DNA from: an uncultured Nitrospiraceae bacterium
GTDB taxonomy: Bacteria > Nitrospirota > Nitrospiria > Nitrospirales > Nitrospiraceae
Direction of reading: 5' to 3'
DNA: 64,000 nt
NCBI GenBank assembly: GCA_963706325.1
Contig: CAVPLT010000007.1
Span: 704,001 to 768,000, forward strand
Part shown: piece after piece, positions 20,712 through 30,145 of the stretch
Layout of the letters: every line of letters begins with the position of its first letter
How positions within the stretch are numbered: the stretch's first letter is position 1
Notes under the pieces: generated by a model
The model's database searches: none
Seen by the model: the letters and a program-made list of their open reading frames with translations, nothing else
What the model was told of the DNA's origin: nothing
Position numbers and translations under genes: made by a program

Positions 20712-20792
20712 ACCTGCCTCCTCTGCGTCTCCACTCTGCGTCAGAACCCCCGACGACCCCTCATCATCTGTTATGTTTCCCGCCGTCAGCAA

Positions 20793-20808
20793 AGCAAAGA
20801 CGGTGCCG
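20793..20808 (-). promoter_or_regulatory. Sigma-54 -24/-12 promoter of the receiver gene
   Basis: Minus strand CGGCAC-CGTCT-TTGCT. Confidence 0.65.
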
Positions 20809-21097
20809 CATGTCTCTCCCGCAGAAGTTTGGCACCCCAATATACCGCAGGCCTAAGACATGAACGAACCACCCAGGGCTGCGCTTCTCGTTAGACGCGA
20901 CAAGATCGTTTAAGCATGTGCGTGACTGAGATTGCGATCAGCGCCGAAGTTTGAGTGTGAAGTGCTCCGGATTCCTGCGTTGCTGTGCGGTCGCTCCATA
21001 GCGCTTTCTCTGGAGTCAAGCCGAGCCGGTTCGTGCGATGAAAAAAGGACATGCAAGGAATACCTCCGCCGATTGTCCAGTTCGATGTTGCCAATTG

Positions 21098-21126
21098 GAG
21101 CGATGTTGCACGATACGCACCGTGCG
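21098..21126 (+). promoter_or_regulatory. Conserved 29-bp activator-site motif, copy 3
   Basis: GAGCG-ATGT-TGCAC-GATA-CGCAC-C-GTGCG. Confidence 0.65.
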
Positions 21127-21218
21127 AATCTGTTTTTTAAACGCAATGCCTGCCGAGAAAAATCGGCTCCTCGCATCTGGGGAAGGGCTGACCTGGTCAT
21201 CGTGATGAGTCATCAAAC

Positions 21219-21234
21219 GGGACCATTTATTGCA
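21219..21234 (+). promoter_or_regulatory. Sigma-54-like -24/-12 promoter
   Basis: GGGACC-ATTTA-TTGCA (GG-N10-GC); similar to the element at 23909. Confidence 0.5.
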
Positions 21235-21296
21235 CAACAAGTCGTAACGGGCAGTGACAGATACTGGCGGAGAGTCTCGGTTCAAGGAGGCGCGCA

Positions 21297-21563
21297 ATGG
21301 AGACTGAAGCGATTCGACCGGCGGCAGGTGTCGTCGATGAACAGATTCTCATTTTGTTGCAGCACCATCGACGGCTCACCTTTCTTGCGTTGGCCGATTC
21401 ACTGCCCACCTACAGTTGGCGAGCGTTATTTATGTCTTTAAATCGTTTGTGCCGCGCGCAGCACGTGGAACTGATGCCATTGGCTGGGGACTATGAAGTG
21501 GTATGGCGACATTGGCGTGAGGAGCAGGACGGGATTTCGGAGGAGCCCTGTCTGCGCCGGTGA
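21297..21563 (+). CDS. Small hypothetical protein, winged-helix-like; paralog of 24421-24675
   Basis: SD AAGGAGG; pattern LP.(Y/F)...LF..L.RL.R...V.L shared with the 24421 ORF. Confidence 0.7.
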   Translation: METEAIRPAAGVVDEQILILLQHHRRLTFLALADSLPTYSWRALFMSLNRLCRAQHVELMPLAGDYEVVWRHWREEQDGISEEPCLRR

Positions 21564-21566
21564 ATC

Positions 21567-21908
21567 ATGCGATTATCGTGGCTGTCGGGGTTCAGATGCT
21601 GTGTTCTCGCGGCAACTTGCTTGCTGTTCGGCTGCATGAACAACAGAGGAAGCGAACTTGAGCTGACCTCCACAGACTCCAGCAAGGACCAGTATAAAAT
21701 TGCCCAATTCTATAACCAGGAAGCGACGCGGCTTCGACGTATGTCGCATGACTTGTCTCATCGAGCTCTGGTGTACGAGCGACTCTTCGGACCGCAGTCC
21801 GATTGGGTTGAAGGAACCAGACTATTGGCTCAATCGTATGAGGACGCGGCAACACAACAAGAGCGTATGGCCGCACGTCATCTCGGGTTCGTTCGGAGCA
21901 CGCCATAG
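21567..21908 (+). CDS. Hypothetical helical lipoprotein
   Basis: Lipobox LLFGC; 3 nt after previous stop; similar to the 23998 ORF. Confidence 0.7.
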   Translation: MRLSWLSGFRCCVLAATCLLFGCMNNRGSELELTSTDSSKDQYKIAQFYNQEATRLRRMSHDLSHRALVYERLFGPQSDWVEGTRLLAQSYEDAATQQERMAARHLGFVRSTP

Positions 21909-21970
21909 GACGTACCCTTGCATTGGCAGGAGTCTCCGCAGGTCAGGTCCATGACACACAGGAGGCGGCT

Positions 21971-22873
21971 ATGTGGAAATATGCGACGATCAGTTTGGTC
22001 ATTGCAGTGCTATGCGGCGTACAAGGCTGTGGAAACACGGTCAGTCCCGGACAGCGTGGCCTCCGATGGTATCCGCTTACCGAAGGATTGACCACGGAAA
22101 CGTTGAAATCCGGCTACTATTGGCGAGCGCCATGGAACGACGTGTTTGTCTATGACGTGCGCCTGCAGAGCTACACTGAAATGGTAGACGCGCTCAGCTC
22201 GGATGATTTGTTGGTCAAGTTGAAGGCTGCCATTATCATGCGGCCGATTGCCGAAGAGGTGTACTTTCTTGCGCAGGAGATTGGACCAGACTTTTATCCG
22301 AGGGTGGTGCGGCCGGAGTTACTGGCCGCGGTGAGAAGTGTGGTGTCGAACTATCCGATGGTCTCGGTGCCCGAGATGAGCGCCGAGATTGCGAGTAAAG
22401 TTCAGGCAGTCGTGGTGGAGAAATTGAAAGGGCGCCATTTGGAAGTGCACAGCGTGGCATTGGCCGATATCGAATTGGCCAAGATCGTTCTGGAAGCGGT
22501 TGAGCGCAAGCAGGCCAAGGAGCAGGAAAAAGAACAGAAAGAGTTTGAACTCGTCATCGCGGAGAAGGACGCGGAGATTGCCCGGCGTCGCGCGCTAGGG
22601 GAGGGTGATGCAATCCGGATCAGGTCGGAAGGCGAAGCCGAAGGTGTAAAAATCCGTGCGCTTGGACAAGCCAAGGCTCAGGAGACGATCACGAAAACCC
22701 TGACACCGGAGTACTTACGATACAAGCTGTATGACAGCCCCAATGCGAAAATGGTGCTGCTGCCGGACAATTTGAACGTGCCGATTCTGATCAATCCGGA
22801 TCTGGATCGGGGCGGAAAGGCCTCTCCTGAGAATCTCATGCGTACGGAGCAGGAACTCGGCCGAGGGCGCTAG
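21971..22873 (+). CDS. SPFH/prohibitin-family (lipo)protein
   Basis: VSPGQRG, LSSDDLLV, AVRSVVSNY, AVERKQ, AEGEA-type coiled coil; SD AGGAGG. Confidence 0.9.
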   Translation: MWKYATISLVIAVLCGVQGCGNTVSPGQRGLRWYPLTEGLTTETLKSGYYWRAPWNDVFVYDVRLQSYTEMVDALSSDDLLVKLKAAIIMRPIAEEVYFLAQEIGPDFYPRVVRPELLAAVRSVVSNYPMVSVPEMSAEIASKVQAVVVEKLKGRHLEVHSVALADIELAKIVLEAVERKQAKEQEKEQKEFELVIAEKDAEIARRRALGEGDAIRIRSEGEAEGVKIRALGQAKAQETITKTLTPEYLRYKLYDSPNAKMVLLPDNLNVPILINPDLDRGGKASPENLMRTEQELGRGR

Positions 22874-22906
22874 GTCATGTGATTGGTAGGTTGAAAGGAG
22901 GGACGC

Positions 22907-23194
22907 ATGTCATGCAGCCGATGTCAGGGTTTGATGGTGTCCGAAACGCTGTTCAATCCCCTCGAAGGATCCATTCATACGTGGGTGCCGCTCACCCGCT
23001 GTTTGAATTGCGGCAATGTTGAGGATTCATGGATTTGCCGCGCGCGTGCGCTTCCTGATCAACTTCGCCGGAGCACCAGGCCTGGCCCACAGAGACGTGG
23101 ATTGCGGCGGGAGGAGAGTGAGGGAATTAGGCTCGCTGGAAGGCTTCCCATTGTGCACACCGCGCCGAACGAACAAGGTTGCCAGCGCGCATAG
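22907..23194 (+). CDS. Small CxxC...CxxC zinc-ribbon-like hypothetical protein
   Basis: MSCSRCQGLMV...RCLNCGNVED; SD AAGGAGG. Confidence 0.7.
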   Translation: MSCSRCQGLMVSETLFNPLEGSIHTWVPLTRCLNCGNVEDSWICRARALPDQLRRSTRPGPQRRGLRREESEGIRLAGRLPIVHTAPNEQGCQRA

Positions 23195-23206
23195 GCTGAA
23201 ACAACC

Positions 23207-23608
23207 ATGGATGCGAACGGGAAACGAGTCTTGATCGCGGACGGGGAAGGATGCGTGCGTCGCCTGATTAAGGCGCTCCTTGCTCAAGGGGGTTTCATGG
23301 TCGATGAGGCGGTTGACGGCATTCACGCGTTGGACGAAATGAAAAAATGCCCTTTTGATGCGCTCATGGCCGATTGTTCACTACCACGACTGGATGGTGT
23401 GCGACTGCTTTTGTTGAGCCGCATGATGTGGCCAGACACTCCCGTTCTGCTCCTGTCCGCCGACTTGCATGAATTGCCTGAATCGCTACAAAGGCAAGGC
23501 GCCGGCGTTCTGGTTCAAAAACCATTCCATCCGCCTAATTTGTTGCAGGCGGTCCACAGGGCCACGTCACTGGCCTATGCAGAACCCTCAGCCATACATG
23601 ATATCTGA
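23207..23608 (+). CDS. Stand-alone response regulator receiver
   Basis: RVLIADG...FDALMADCSLPRLDG...VLLLSA...VQKPF. Confidence 0.8.
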   Translation: MDANGKRVLIADGEGCVRRLIKALLAQGGFMVDEAVDGIHALDEMKKCPFDALMADCSLPRLDGVRLLLLSRMMWPDTPVLLLSADLHELPESLQRQGAGVLVQKPFHPPNLLQAVHRATSLAYAEPSAIHDI

Positions 23609-23767
23609 GGGTTCCTTGCGTCAGAGCAGTCAGACAACTCTGCATCCTGAAAAGTCTGCCTCTCATACCTTCATCCCTTCACCATACAATTTCGCCCGCT
23701 TCATCCGTCACTTCTTCCTTTCCTAACCACAGGCGGAAACGTCCGGACCTGCTGCAGGATACAGCTT

Positions 23768-23796
23768 GCGCGATTTCGCACAGGTCGCGCGGTGCG
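23768..23796 (+). promoter_or_regulatory. Conserved 29-bp activator-site motif, copy 4
   Basis: GCGCG-ATTT-CGCAC-AGGT-CGCGC-G-GTGCG. Confidence 0.65.
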
Positions 23797-23908
23797 GAAT
23801 GCCGCGACTGGGGGAGTCGCGTGCGGGGAGCGCAGGCTGGCCGGTTGTTGTGAGCCGAAGGTAGCGGTCAGTACTGCTGTTTGTACGCCTTCCCGTCCCA
23901 CCACGAAC

Positions 23909-23924
23909 AGGACCACATTTTGCT
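23909..23924 (+). promoter_or_regulatory. Sigma-54-like -24/-12 promoter
   Basis: AGGACC-ACATT-TTGCT (GG-N10-GC). Confidence 0.55.
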
Positions 23925-23997
23925 TCATGTGTTGGATGGCTGCGTAGAGAGCAGCCATCCAGGCTCTCATACAGAAAAAGGGAAAGGAGTCCCTACC

Positions 23998-24354
23998 ATG
24001 AAACATTATCTGATTCAGACGACCATTGTTCTTGCCTGGTGCGCCTTGGCTGGTTGTGCCGGATTTTCAGATCATAAATCGCTCCCGACATCATCCAGCC
24101 TTGCGCAGCAGGCGACTAACGGCGGGGTCGCCGACACCGGATTCCTGTGGCGGGAGGAAGCCAGAGAGCTCCGGACGTTTGCGGATCGCCATGATGTGGA
24201 AGCCGACGTGTTGTTGCAGCGTCCATTGCCCTCAGATACCGAGTTGATACGGCAGCGGCGCGCGCTTGCTCGTCAATTGCGCGTCGCGGCGGCCCAGATC
24301 GAGCAGGGGGCTGATGGAGTCGGAAGTCGCGGAGGGTTCAGTAACCCTCTATGA
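23998..24354 (+). CDS. Hypothetical helical lipoprotein
   Basis: SD AAGGAG; lipobox ALAGC; similar to the 21567 ORF. Confidence 0.7.
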   Translation: MKHYLIQTTIVLAWCALAGCAGFSDHKSLPTSSSLAQQATNGGVADTGFLWREEARELRTFADRHDVEADVLLQRPLPSDTELIRQRRALARQLRVAAAQIEQGADGVGSRGGFSNPL

Positions 24355-24420
24355 GAAAGAAGAGGAGCGGTTCACGTGGACGCTCAACATGCGAGAGCGC
24401 ACTCAACTGAGGAGAATAGC

Positions 24421-24675
24421 ATGGATCTCAATGACGACATCGAAACAGCTATGTTGCATTACATGCATGAGCATCGAATCTGCGCGATGGAAGAGTTATT
24501 CCGAAATTTACCGGCTTTCACTACGAATCAGATGTTCTTGACGGTGGATCGATTGAGTCGGGAAGGCAAGGTCCTGCTGCGTTACCAGAATCGATCCGAA
24601 TATGTTATTCTCCGGGCGGAAGTCGCGCGAAGACTATCCCGTGAGATGTCGGGTGCGACGACTGAAACCGGATAG
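24421..24675 (+). CDS. Small hypothetical protein, winged-helix-like; paralog of 21297-21563
   Basis: SD GAGGAG; LPAFTTNQMFLTVDRLSREGKVLL. Confidence 0.7.
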   Translation: MDLNDDIETAMLHYMHEHRICAMEELFRNLPAFTTNQMFLTVDRLSREGKVLLRYQNRSEYVILRAEVARRLSREMSGATTETG

Positions 24676-24690
24676 TGAGGGGGAACACGC

Positions 24691-24936
24691 ATGAAGAAAA
24701 AGACGATGGTGGCGAAGTCCGCCACGCGTTCGGTGAAACGCGCCGCCACACCGACCGCACGCGTCAAGAGTCACGGTCCTGTTCAGGACATTCAGGTGCG
24801 GATCGCGGCGCGGGCTCATGAGCTCTATGTTCAGCGAGGCTGTTTGGATGGATATCATCTACATGACTGGCTGGAGGCGGAGCAAGAAATCGTGGGGCGA
24901 GCTCAGGGCTCTGACAAGACCGCCGCGCGTATCTAG
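24691..24936 (+). CDS. DUF2934-domain protein
   Basis: RIAARAHELYVQRGCLDGYHLHDWLEAEQEI is the DUF2934 signature. Confidence 0.85.
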   Translation: MKKKTMVAKSATRSVKRAATPTARVKSHGPVQDIQVRIAARAHELYVQRGCLDGYHLHDWLEAEQEIVGRAQGSDKTAARI

Positions 24937-24991
24937 GAGGAGCATCGCGCTCGGCCGCGTCATTCGGCCGAGCGCGGCGCCTCTCTGGCGA

Positions 24992-26806
24992 TCACATCGT
25001 CTGTTCCAGCTGATCGACCATCCCTGAAATAGCTTCGAAGCCTGATTGCCAGAAGGCCTCCGAATTCATATCGACTCCCACCTCAGCCAGAATTTCCTGT
25101 GGCGCCCGAGAACCGCCGGCTGCCAGCAGGTCCAAATATTTCGGGACGAATCCGCTGCCCTGCTCTTGGTACATACGATAGAGCGCCAGCACCAGTAAGT
25201 TTCCGAAACTGTAGGCATAACAATAAAACGGGCTCGCATAGATGTGGGGGATGCTGAGCCATTCCCATTGAAACTCTTGCGGCACGCGCAATGCCTTTCC
25301 GAATTGCTGCCGGAGCAGCGTCAGATAGGTCTTTCCCAAATCGAGGGTCGTCGCGCCCTGCGCCACCATATCGTGAGCTGTCCGTTCAAAGGCCACAAAG
25401 TACGCCTGCCGCATCACGGTAGCGTAGATGTCGTCCAACTGGTTGACAAGCAAGCTCTGTTTCACCGGTTTGCTGGTTTCGGAGGCCATCAAGGCGTCCG
25501 AAAGGATTCGCTCGCCGAACACCGAAGCAGTTTCCGCCAGCGGCAAGGTCGAGTGGAAGGTAAACACGTTGTGCTGCTCAGCCATCATTCCATGAACGGC
25601 ATGGCCCAACTCATGGGCCATCGTAGCGATGTCGCGGGCCTCGCCGGTGAAGTTCAGCATGACGTAAGGCGTCATGCCGGGGTTCACGCTGTAACAGTAG
25701 GCCCCACCCAGCTTCCCTGGTTTGGTACGGGCATCGATGTGACAATCTGCGAACACTCGTTGCGCCAGTTCGGCGAGACGAGGCGAAAAGCCGTGATACG
25801 CATCCAGCACCATCCGAACCGCATCCGCATACCGATAGGTTTTCTGTTCGGCGCGGTGGGGCGCATAGATATGGTATCGGTTCATTGTTTTGATCTTGCA
25901 GAGCCGCGCCTTCAAGCCGAAATAGCGTTGGAAGATCGGGGCGTTCTTGATGCAAACGGAGAGGAGCGCGTCCACGGCTCGATCGGGGATGTCGTTGCTG
26001 AGGTTCCGGGTCGCCATCGGCGCAGAAAAGTGGCGCAATTGGAGATTCTCCGCCTTCCAGTCGTTGACCAGGGTTTTGTACAGTTCGCCGAGCAGGTCTT
26101 GATGAGATTCATACACGCGATACATCTCGCGATACGCGGCCTCGCGTATCGCGGCTTTCGGACTGCGTAGAAAAGCCGTCAACGCCTCGCGGTTCATCGT
26201 CTTCTTTTTTCCTCCGACGGGCAGCGTGAAGGTGAAGCCATTGGTGACGATATCGTAGAGCTGGTGGACGGCGTTCTGTCCGGTGATGTTCTTGATATTG
26301 ATGATTTTCTCTTCCGCTTCTGAGAGCGTATGCGGCTTGAACCGCCGAATGGTTTCCAGGTGATACCGGAAGTCCCCGCTGTTCGCCATCAACCGTGTCG
26401 CGTTCGGTTCATCGACACCCTGCCACCAGAGATCGAAAAACAGCAGATGATTATGGAGCGTCGTGAGGTGTTCTTCGACTTTGTTTTTGAACGAGCGGGC
26501 TTGCAGCTGTTTGGTATCTTCAGAGAACCACAGATAGGCATAGGCTCCGAGTCGGCCCGAGTCTTTGGCGATCTGTTCCGACAGCGTCAGCAGTTCCAGA
26601 AACGTCTGTTCCGACATCGTCGGAGCGAGAACGTGGCGTGCCGATTGAAATCGCTCGACCTTTGTTGTCAAGTCTTTGAGATTGCGATCGAATTGTTTCA
26701 CCGGGTCGGTGACCAAATCAGACAGTTCCCAGTGATCAGCAAACTCCCGAGAGGGAGTCGAACGGCGTGATGGGGGAGAGGATGCGGTCTTGCGCGAAGC
26801 GGCCAT
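24992..26806 (-). CDS. pepF: M3 family oligoendopeptidase F
   Basis: WELSDL N-terminus, GKLGGAYC, HELGH, AETAS, IPHIYASPFYCYAYSFG. Confidence 0.9.
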   Translation of the reverse strand: MAASRKTASSPPSRRSTPSREFADHWELSDLVTDPVKQFDRNLKDLTTKVERFQSARHVLAPTMSEQTFLELLTLSEQIAKDSGRLGAYAYLWFSEDTKQLQARSFKNKVEEHLTTLHNHLLFFDLWWQGVDEPNATRLMANSGDFRYHLETIRRFKPHTLSEAEEKIINIKNITGQNAVHQLYDIVTNGFTFTLPVGGKKKTMNREALTAFLRSPKAAIREAAYREMYRVYESHQDLLGELYKTLVNDWKAENLQLRHFSAPMATRNLSNDIPDRAVDALLSVCIKNAPIFQRYFGLKARLCKIKTMNRYHIYAPHRAEQKTYRYADAVRMVLDAYHGFSPRLAELAQRVFADCHIDARTKPGKLGGAYCYSVNPGMTPYVMLNFTGEARDIATMAHELGHAVHGMMAEQHNVFTFHSTLPLAETASVFGERILSDALMASETSKPVKQSLLVNQLDDIYATVMRQAYFVAFERTAHDMVAQGATTLDLGKTYLTLLRQQFGKALRVPQEFQWEWLSIPHIYASPFYCYAYSFGNLLVLALYRMYQEQGSGFVPKYLDLLAAGGSRAPQEILAEVGVDMNSEAFWQSGFEAISGMVDQLEQTM

Positions 26807-26911
26807 GGTCGAAGCTCCGGTAATGAAGGTGAATGATGTCAGGGATCATACCACCGTCGGAGAGGGCGGGTTGTAGATTCTTTGATGGCAGGCGGCGCAC
26901 CAGAGGCCACT

Positions 26912-26939
26912 TTGACTCGTCCGGTTCGGATGTTACAAT
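26912..26939 (+). promoter_or_regulatory. Sigma-70 promoter (extended -10)
   Basis: TTGACT-N16-TACAAT with TG at -15/-14; 18 nt upstream of ATG 26958. Confidence 0.55.
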
Positions 26940-26957
26940 TCGCCGAAAGGTGAGAGC

Positions 26958-27287
26958 ATGACTGAACAGGAAATCAACCGGGCGATACAATATGTGACAG
27001 CTGCCACGTCTTATGGACGGGACACCGTCGCAGAGATTCTCCGGACAGGTTTATCTGAACTGTCGGTGCTCTCAACGCAATCTACGCGCCGCTTTGAGCG
27101 AGAGGACCTCTTGGGCTACCTTTGCCAATGGACTATGAAGCGCACCGGCCACCCGGAGCCGTTGGTGCGTGAAGTGCTGGATGGAGCCGGCCGCTGGCTG
27201 GATGAGGTCGCGGCGACTCTTGAGAAGCGGAGGGAGGAACAAGCGAAGGCTGGGGAGGATGACGAAGAGGGGGCCGCATCAGCGTGA
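26958..27287 (+). CDS. Hypothetical protein
   Basis: 109-aa ORF with own promoter, acidic C-terminus. Confidence 0.7.
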   Translation: MTEQEINRAIQYVTAATSYGRDTVAEILRTGLSELSVLSTQSTRRFEREDLLGYLCQWTMKRTGHPEPLVREVLDGAGRWLDEVAATLEKRREEQAKAGEDDEEGAASA

Positions 27288-27414
27288 AAGGCCGCGGCTC
27301 ACAAGCATTGGCGCGTGGGGTTTCGAGACCCGTGCCGGCGCACCGCTCTAAGTATAACGGATTGCTGAGAGGGAGAAACCGTCATACTAGAGGTTGCATA
27401 GAAGAGAGCGCCAA

Positions 27415-27732
27415 TCACGTAGGTAGCGTGCTTTTCAACGCTTCCAGGTTTTTTGTCACCATCGCGTCGCCGTTTTTTGTGGAGACGGCGATACCCTGAT
27501 CGGATACCTGTCGGCACTCGTCAAAACGTCCGAGTTTCAGCAGCGACTGTGCCAGTGCATAGAAGGCCGCTGAGTAGGTAGGCTTGACCGTGATGCAGCT
27601 TTGAAGGGCCGGTACCGCTTCCTGCCAATTGTTATCCTCCATGTAGGCTTTGCCTAAGCCGAACCAAGCGACCTCGTCGTTCGGGTCGATTGCCAGCACT
27701 TTTTTCAGCGGCTCAATTCTCGGGTTGGGCAT
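27415..27732 (-). CDS. Small TPR-repeat protein
   Basis: DPNDEVAWFGLGKAY...PTYSAAFYALAQSL. Confidence 0.8.
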   Translation of the reverse strand: MPNPRIEPLKKVLAIDPNDEVAWFGLGKAYMEDNNWQEAVPALQSCITVKPTYSAAFYALAQSLLKLGRFDECRQVSDQGIAVSTKNGDAMVTKNLEALKSTLPT

Positions 27733-27901
27733 CCAATTCTCCAGGCTAAATCTGCGAAGTCCAAGCCGACCGTAACATGCGTTTCCGATCATTGTCTATG
27801 GCGATTCCTGCATGCTAGTCTGCGATATCGATGCGAATCTCGTGAGGGGACGCTTCGGGAATGGAGAGACGAGATACGAACGACGCTTCACGGAATCTGA
27901 T

Positions 27902-28846
27902 ATGGGCAAGACCGGTCTTATCTACGATCCACGTTACCTTGAACATGATATGGGCGCCGGCCATCCGGAGTCCCCGAACCGGCTTCGCGCCATCATGCAA
28001 CGGCTTGAACAGGGTGGCGTGGCTGCGAAGCTGACGAAGATCGAGCCTCGCAAGGCCGAAGACCAATGGGTGACGCTGGTGCATGAGCCAGGGTACCTCG
28101 CGCTGCTGAATCATCAAGCACCGACTCACGGGCGCATCTCATTGGATGCAGATACCGCTATGTCGCCAGGCACGTTAACCGCCGCTTATCTCGCGGCCGG
28201 TGGAGCGTTGGCCGGAGTGGACGCGATCATGGCCGGCGAGGTTCAGTATGCTTTTTGCGCGGTCCGTCCCCCGGGTCACCATGCGGAGGCCGATCGCGCG
28301 ATGGGCTTCTGCTTTTTCAACAATGTGGCGATCGCCGCGCGCTATGTGCAGAAGCGTTACGGACTGCAACGAGTCTTGATCGTGGATTGGGATGTCCATC
28401 ACGGGAACGGCACGCAGCATAGTTTTGAATCAGACCCATCGGTGTTGTTCTTCAGTACCCATCAGTACCCGCATTATCCTGGAACCGGACGCGCCAGCGA
28501 ACGTGGACGCGGCGTAGCGGAGGGGCTCACGATCAATGTGCCAATGGCGGCGGGCGAAGGTGACGAGCAATATCGAGCCGTCTTTCAAAAGGTCTTGGTG
28601 CCGGCTGCCGATGCCTTCAAGCCGGACTTTGTGATCATCTCCGCCGGGTTCGATGCGCATCGGGACGATCCGTTAGCCAGCATGGGGCTGACCGAGGAAG
28701 GCTACGCAGACCTGACGGCAATGGTTGTTGGAGTTGCCAAGCGGCATTGCCACGGACGGTTGCTGTCGTCGCTCGAAGGAGGCTATCACCTGACGGCGCT
28801 GGCGGCGTCGGTCGAGCGGCATATCCGGGCGCTGGTGGAAGCATGA
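27902..28846 (+). CDS. Histone deacetylase-family amidohydrolase
   Basis: HPESPNRL, RPPGHHA, GFCFFNN, DWDVHHGNGTQ, SAGFDAH, LEGGY. Confidence 0.93.
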   Translation: MGKTGLIYDPRYLEHDMGAGHPESPNRLRAIMQRLEQGGVAAKLTKIEPRKAEDQWVTLVHEPGYLALLNHQAPTHGRISLDADTAMSPGTLTAAYLAAGGALAGVDAIMAGEVQYAFCAVRPPGHHAEADRAMGFCFFNNVAIAARYVQKRYGLQRVLIVDWDVHHGNGTQHSFESDPSVLFFSTHQYPHYPGTGRASERGRGVAEGLTINVPMAAGEGDEQYRAVFQKVLVPAADAFKPDFVIISAGFDAHRDDPLASMGLTEEGYADLTAMVVGVAKRHCHGRLLSSLEGGYHLTALAASVERHIRALVEA

Positions 28847-30117
28847 CGCTTTGGATGAAACTCCTGATGGGTGTCGCGACAACCGTCGGGGTCGTTTACC
28901 TCTATTATACGGAGGTGAAACCGGTCGTCATTTTCGGACTCCGGTCTGACTATGCCCATGCGATTCCTCTGCAGAAGATCCCTGAAGGTTTGACCAGTCT
29001 GAAGGCGGAGTCTTGCGGACAATGCCACCGTGAGATCTACGAGGAGTGGAAAACCAGTATCCATGCCCATGCCTTTGAGGATCCGTTCTTCCAGGCCTAT
29101 TGGAAGAAAGATAAGCATATCTGGGTATGTTTGAATTGCCACACGCCTTTGGAGAATCAACAACCGACGTTGATCAAGGACATTCCGCGTGGTCGGGTGG
29201 AGAAGGCGGCACAGGAACCCAATCCTCATTTTGATGCCGCCCTACAAAAGGAATCGATTACCTGCGCGGCTTGCCACGTGCGGGATGGAGTCATTCTCGG
29301 GCCTTTTGACGATTCGGCCGCGCCGCACCCGACGAAGTTCGATCCGAGCTTCCGCACGGCGCAGTTTTGTTCGCGTTGCCATAATGTCGTTTCGGGACCG
29401 GCGCAGTTTTATAATGTGGGTCCCTGTGGAACCTATGCTGAATATGAAGGCAAGTACTTCATGCAGGAGCGGGGCTTCATTTGCCAAAGTTGTCATATGC
29501 CGGAAGTCGATCGCCCGGTTGCCGAGAATGGACCGATCCGGCGAGGACGCCGGCACCTCTGGCGCGGAGGCCACGACCCCGACATGGTGAAACGGGCGGT
29601 CGCGATTCAAGTCAAAGCCGATCCTCCCGCTCCCAAACCTGGCGAGCAGGTCACGGTGACTCTGACGCTCATGAACGCGGGGGCCGGCCATAAGATTCCG
29701 ACGGGCGATCCGGACCGTCACTTTACGGTCGAGTTTATGGTCAAAGACGGCAGTCACCAGGTCGTGGCCGAGAAAAGCCACACCATGGGGCGCTGGATTA
29801 TGTGGCAACCGGCTATCGTGGAGTTGTACGATAACCGCTTGCTCCCGTTGGCCAGCAGGGACTATCCCTTCGCCTACCGCATGCCGGAGGTTTCGAAGGG
29901 GTTGACGTTGACAGCCCGCGTCCGCTACCACATTCTGACCGATGGGCAGCATGAAATGTTAAAGACCAAATACGGCCTGATGGCGGACGATCCCTATAGC
30001 TTTACCGTCTATGAACGAGAAGTTCCGCTCAATGAAGGACTCGCGGCAGCCTTCGCGGATCCAATACCTGAGCCACCACCGTTGGCCTGTCTAAACCCGG
30101 CAGTGTCCAAAGGGTAA
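28843..30117 (+). CDS. Membrane-anchored multiheme (5 x CxxCH) c-type cytochrome
   Basis: N-terminal TM; CGQCH, CLNCH, CAACH, CSRCH, CQSCH; NAGAGHKIPTG; ATGA overlap with upstream gene. Confidence 0.88.
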   Translation: MTLWMKLLMGVATTVGVVYLYYTEVKPVVIFGLRSDYAHAIPLQKIPEGLTSLKAESCGQCHREIYEEWKTSIHAHAFEDPFFQAYWKKDKHIWVCLNCHTPLENQQPTLIKDIPRGRVEKAAQEPNPHFDAALQKESITCAACHVRDGVILGPFDDSAAPHPTKFDPSFRTAQFCSRCHNVVSGPAQFYNVGPCGTYAEYEGKYFMQERGFICQSCHMPEVDRPVAENGPIRRGRRHLWRGGHDPDMVKRAVAIQVKADPPAPKPGEQVTVTLTLMNAGAGHKIPTGDPDRHFTVEFMVKDGSHQVVAEKSHTMGRWIMWQPAIVELYDNRLLPLASRDYPFAYRMPEVSKGLTLTARVRYHILTDGQHEMLKTKYGLMADDPYSFTVYEREVPLNEGLAAAFADPIPEPPPLACLNPAVSKG

Positions 30118-30145
30118 GTATTCATCCACCGAGATCAAGGAGCCC

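Noticed and set aside
21203..21215. Palindrome TGATGA-G-TCATCA as an FNR box
   Set aside because: Does not fit TTGAT-N4-ATCAA spacing and is single-copy; at most a weak candidate site beside the -24 element
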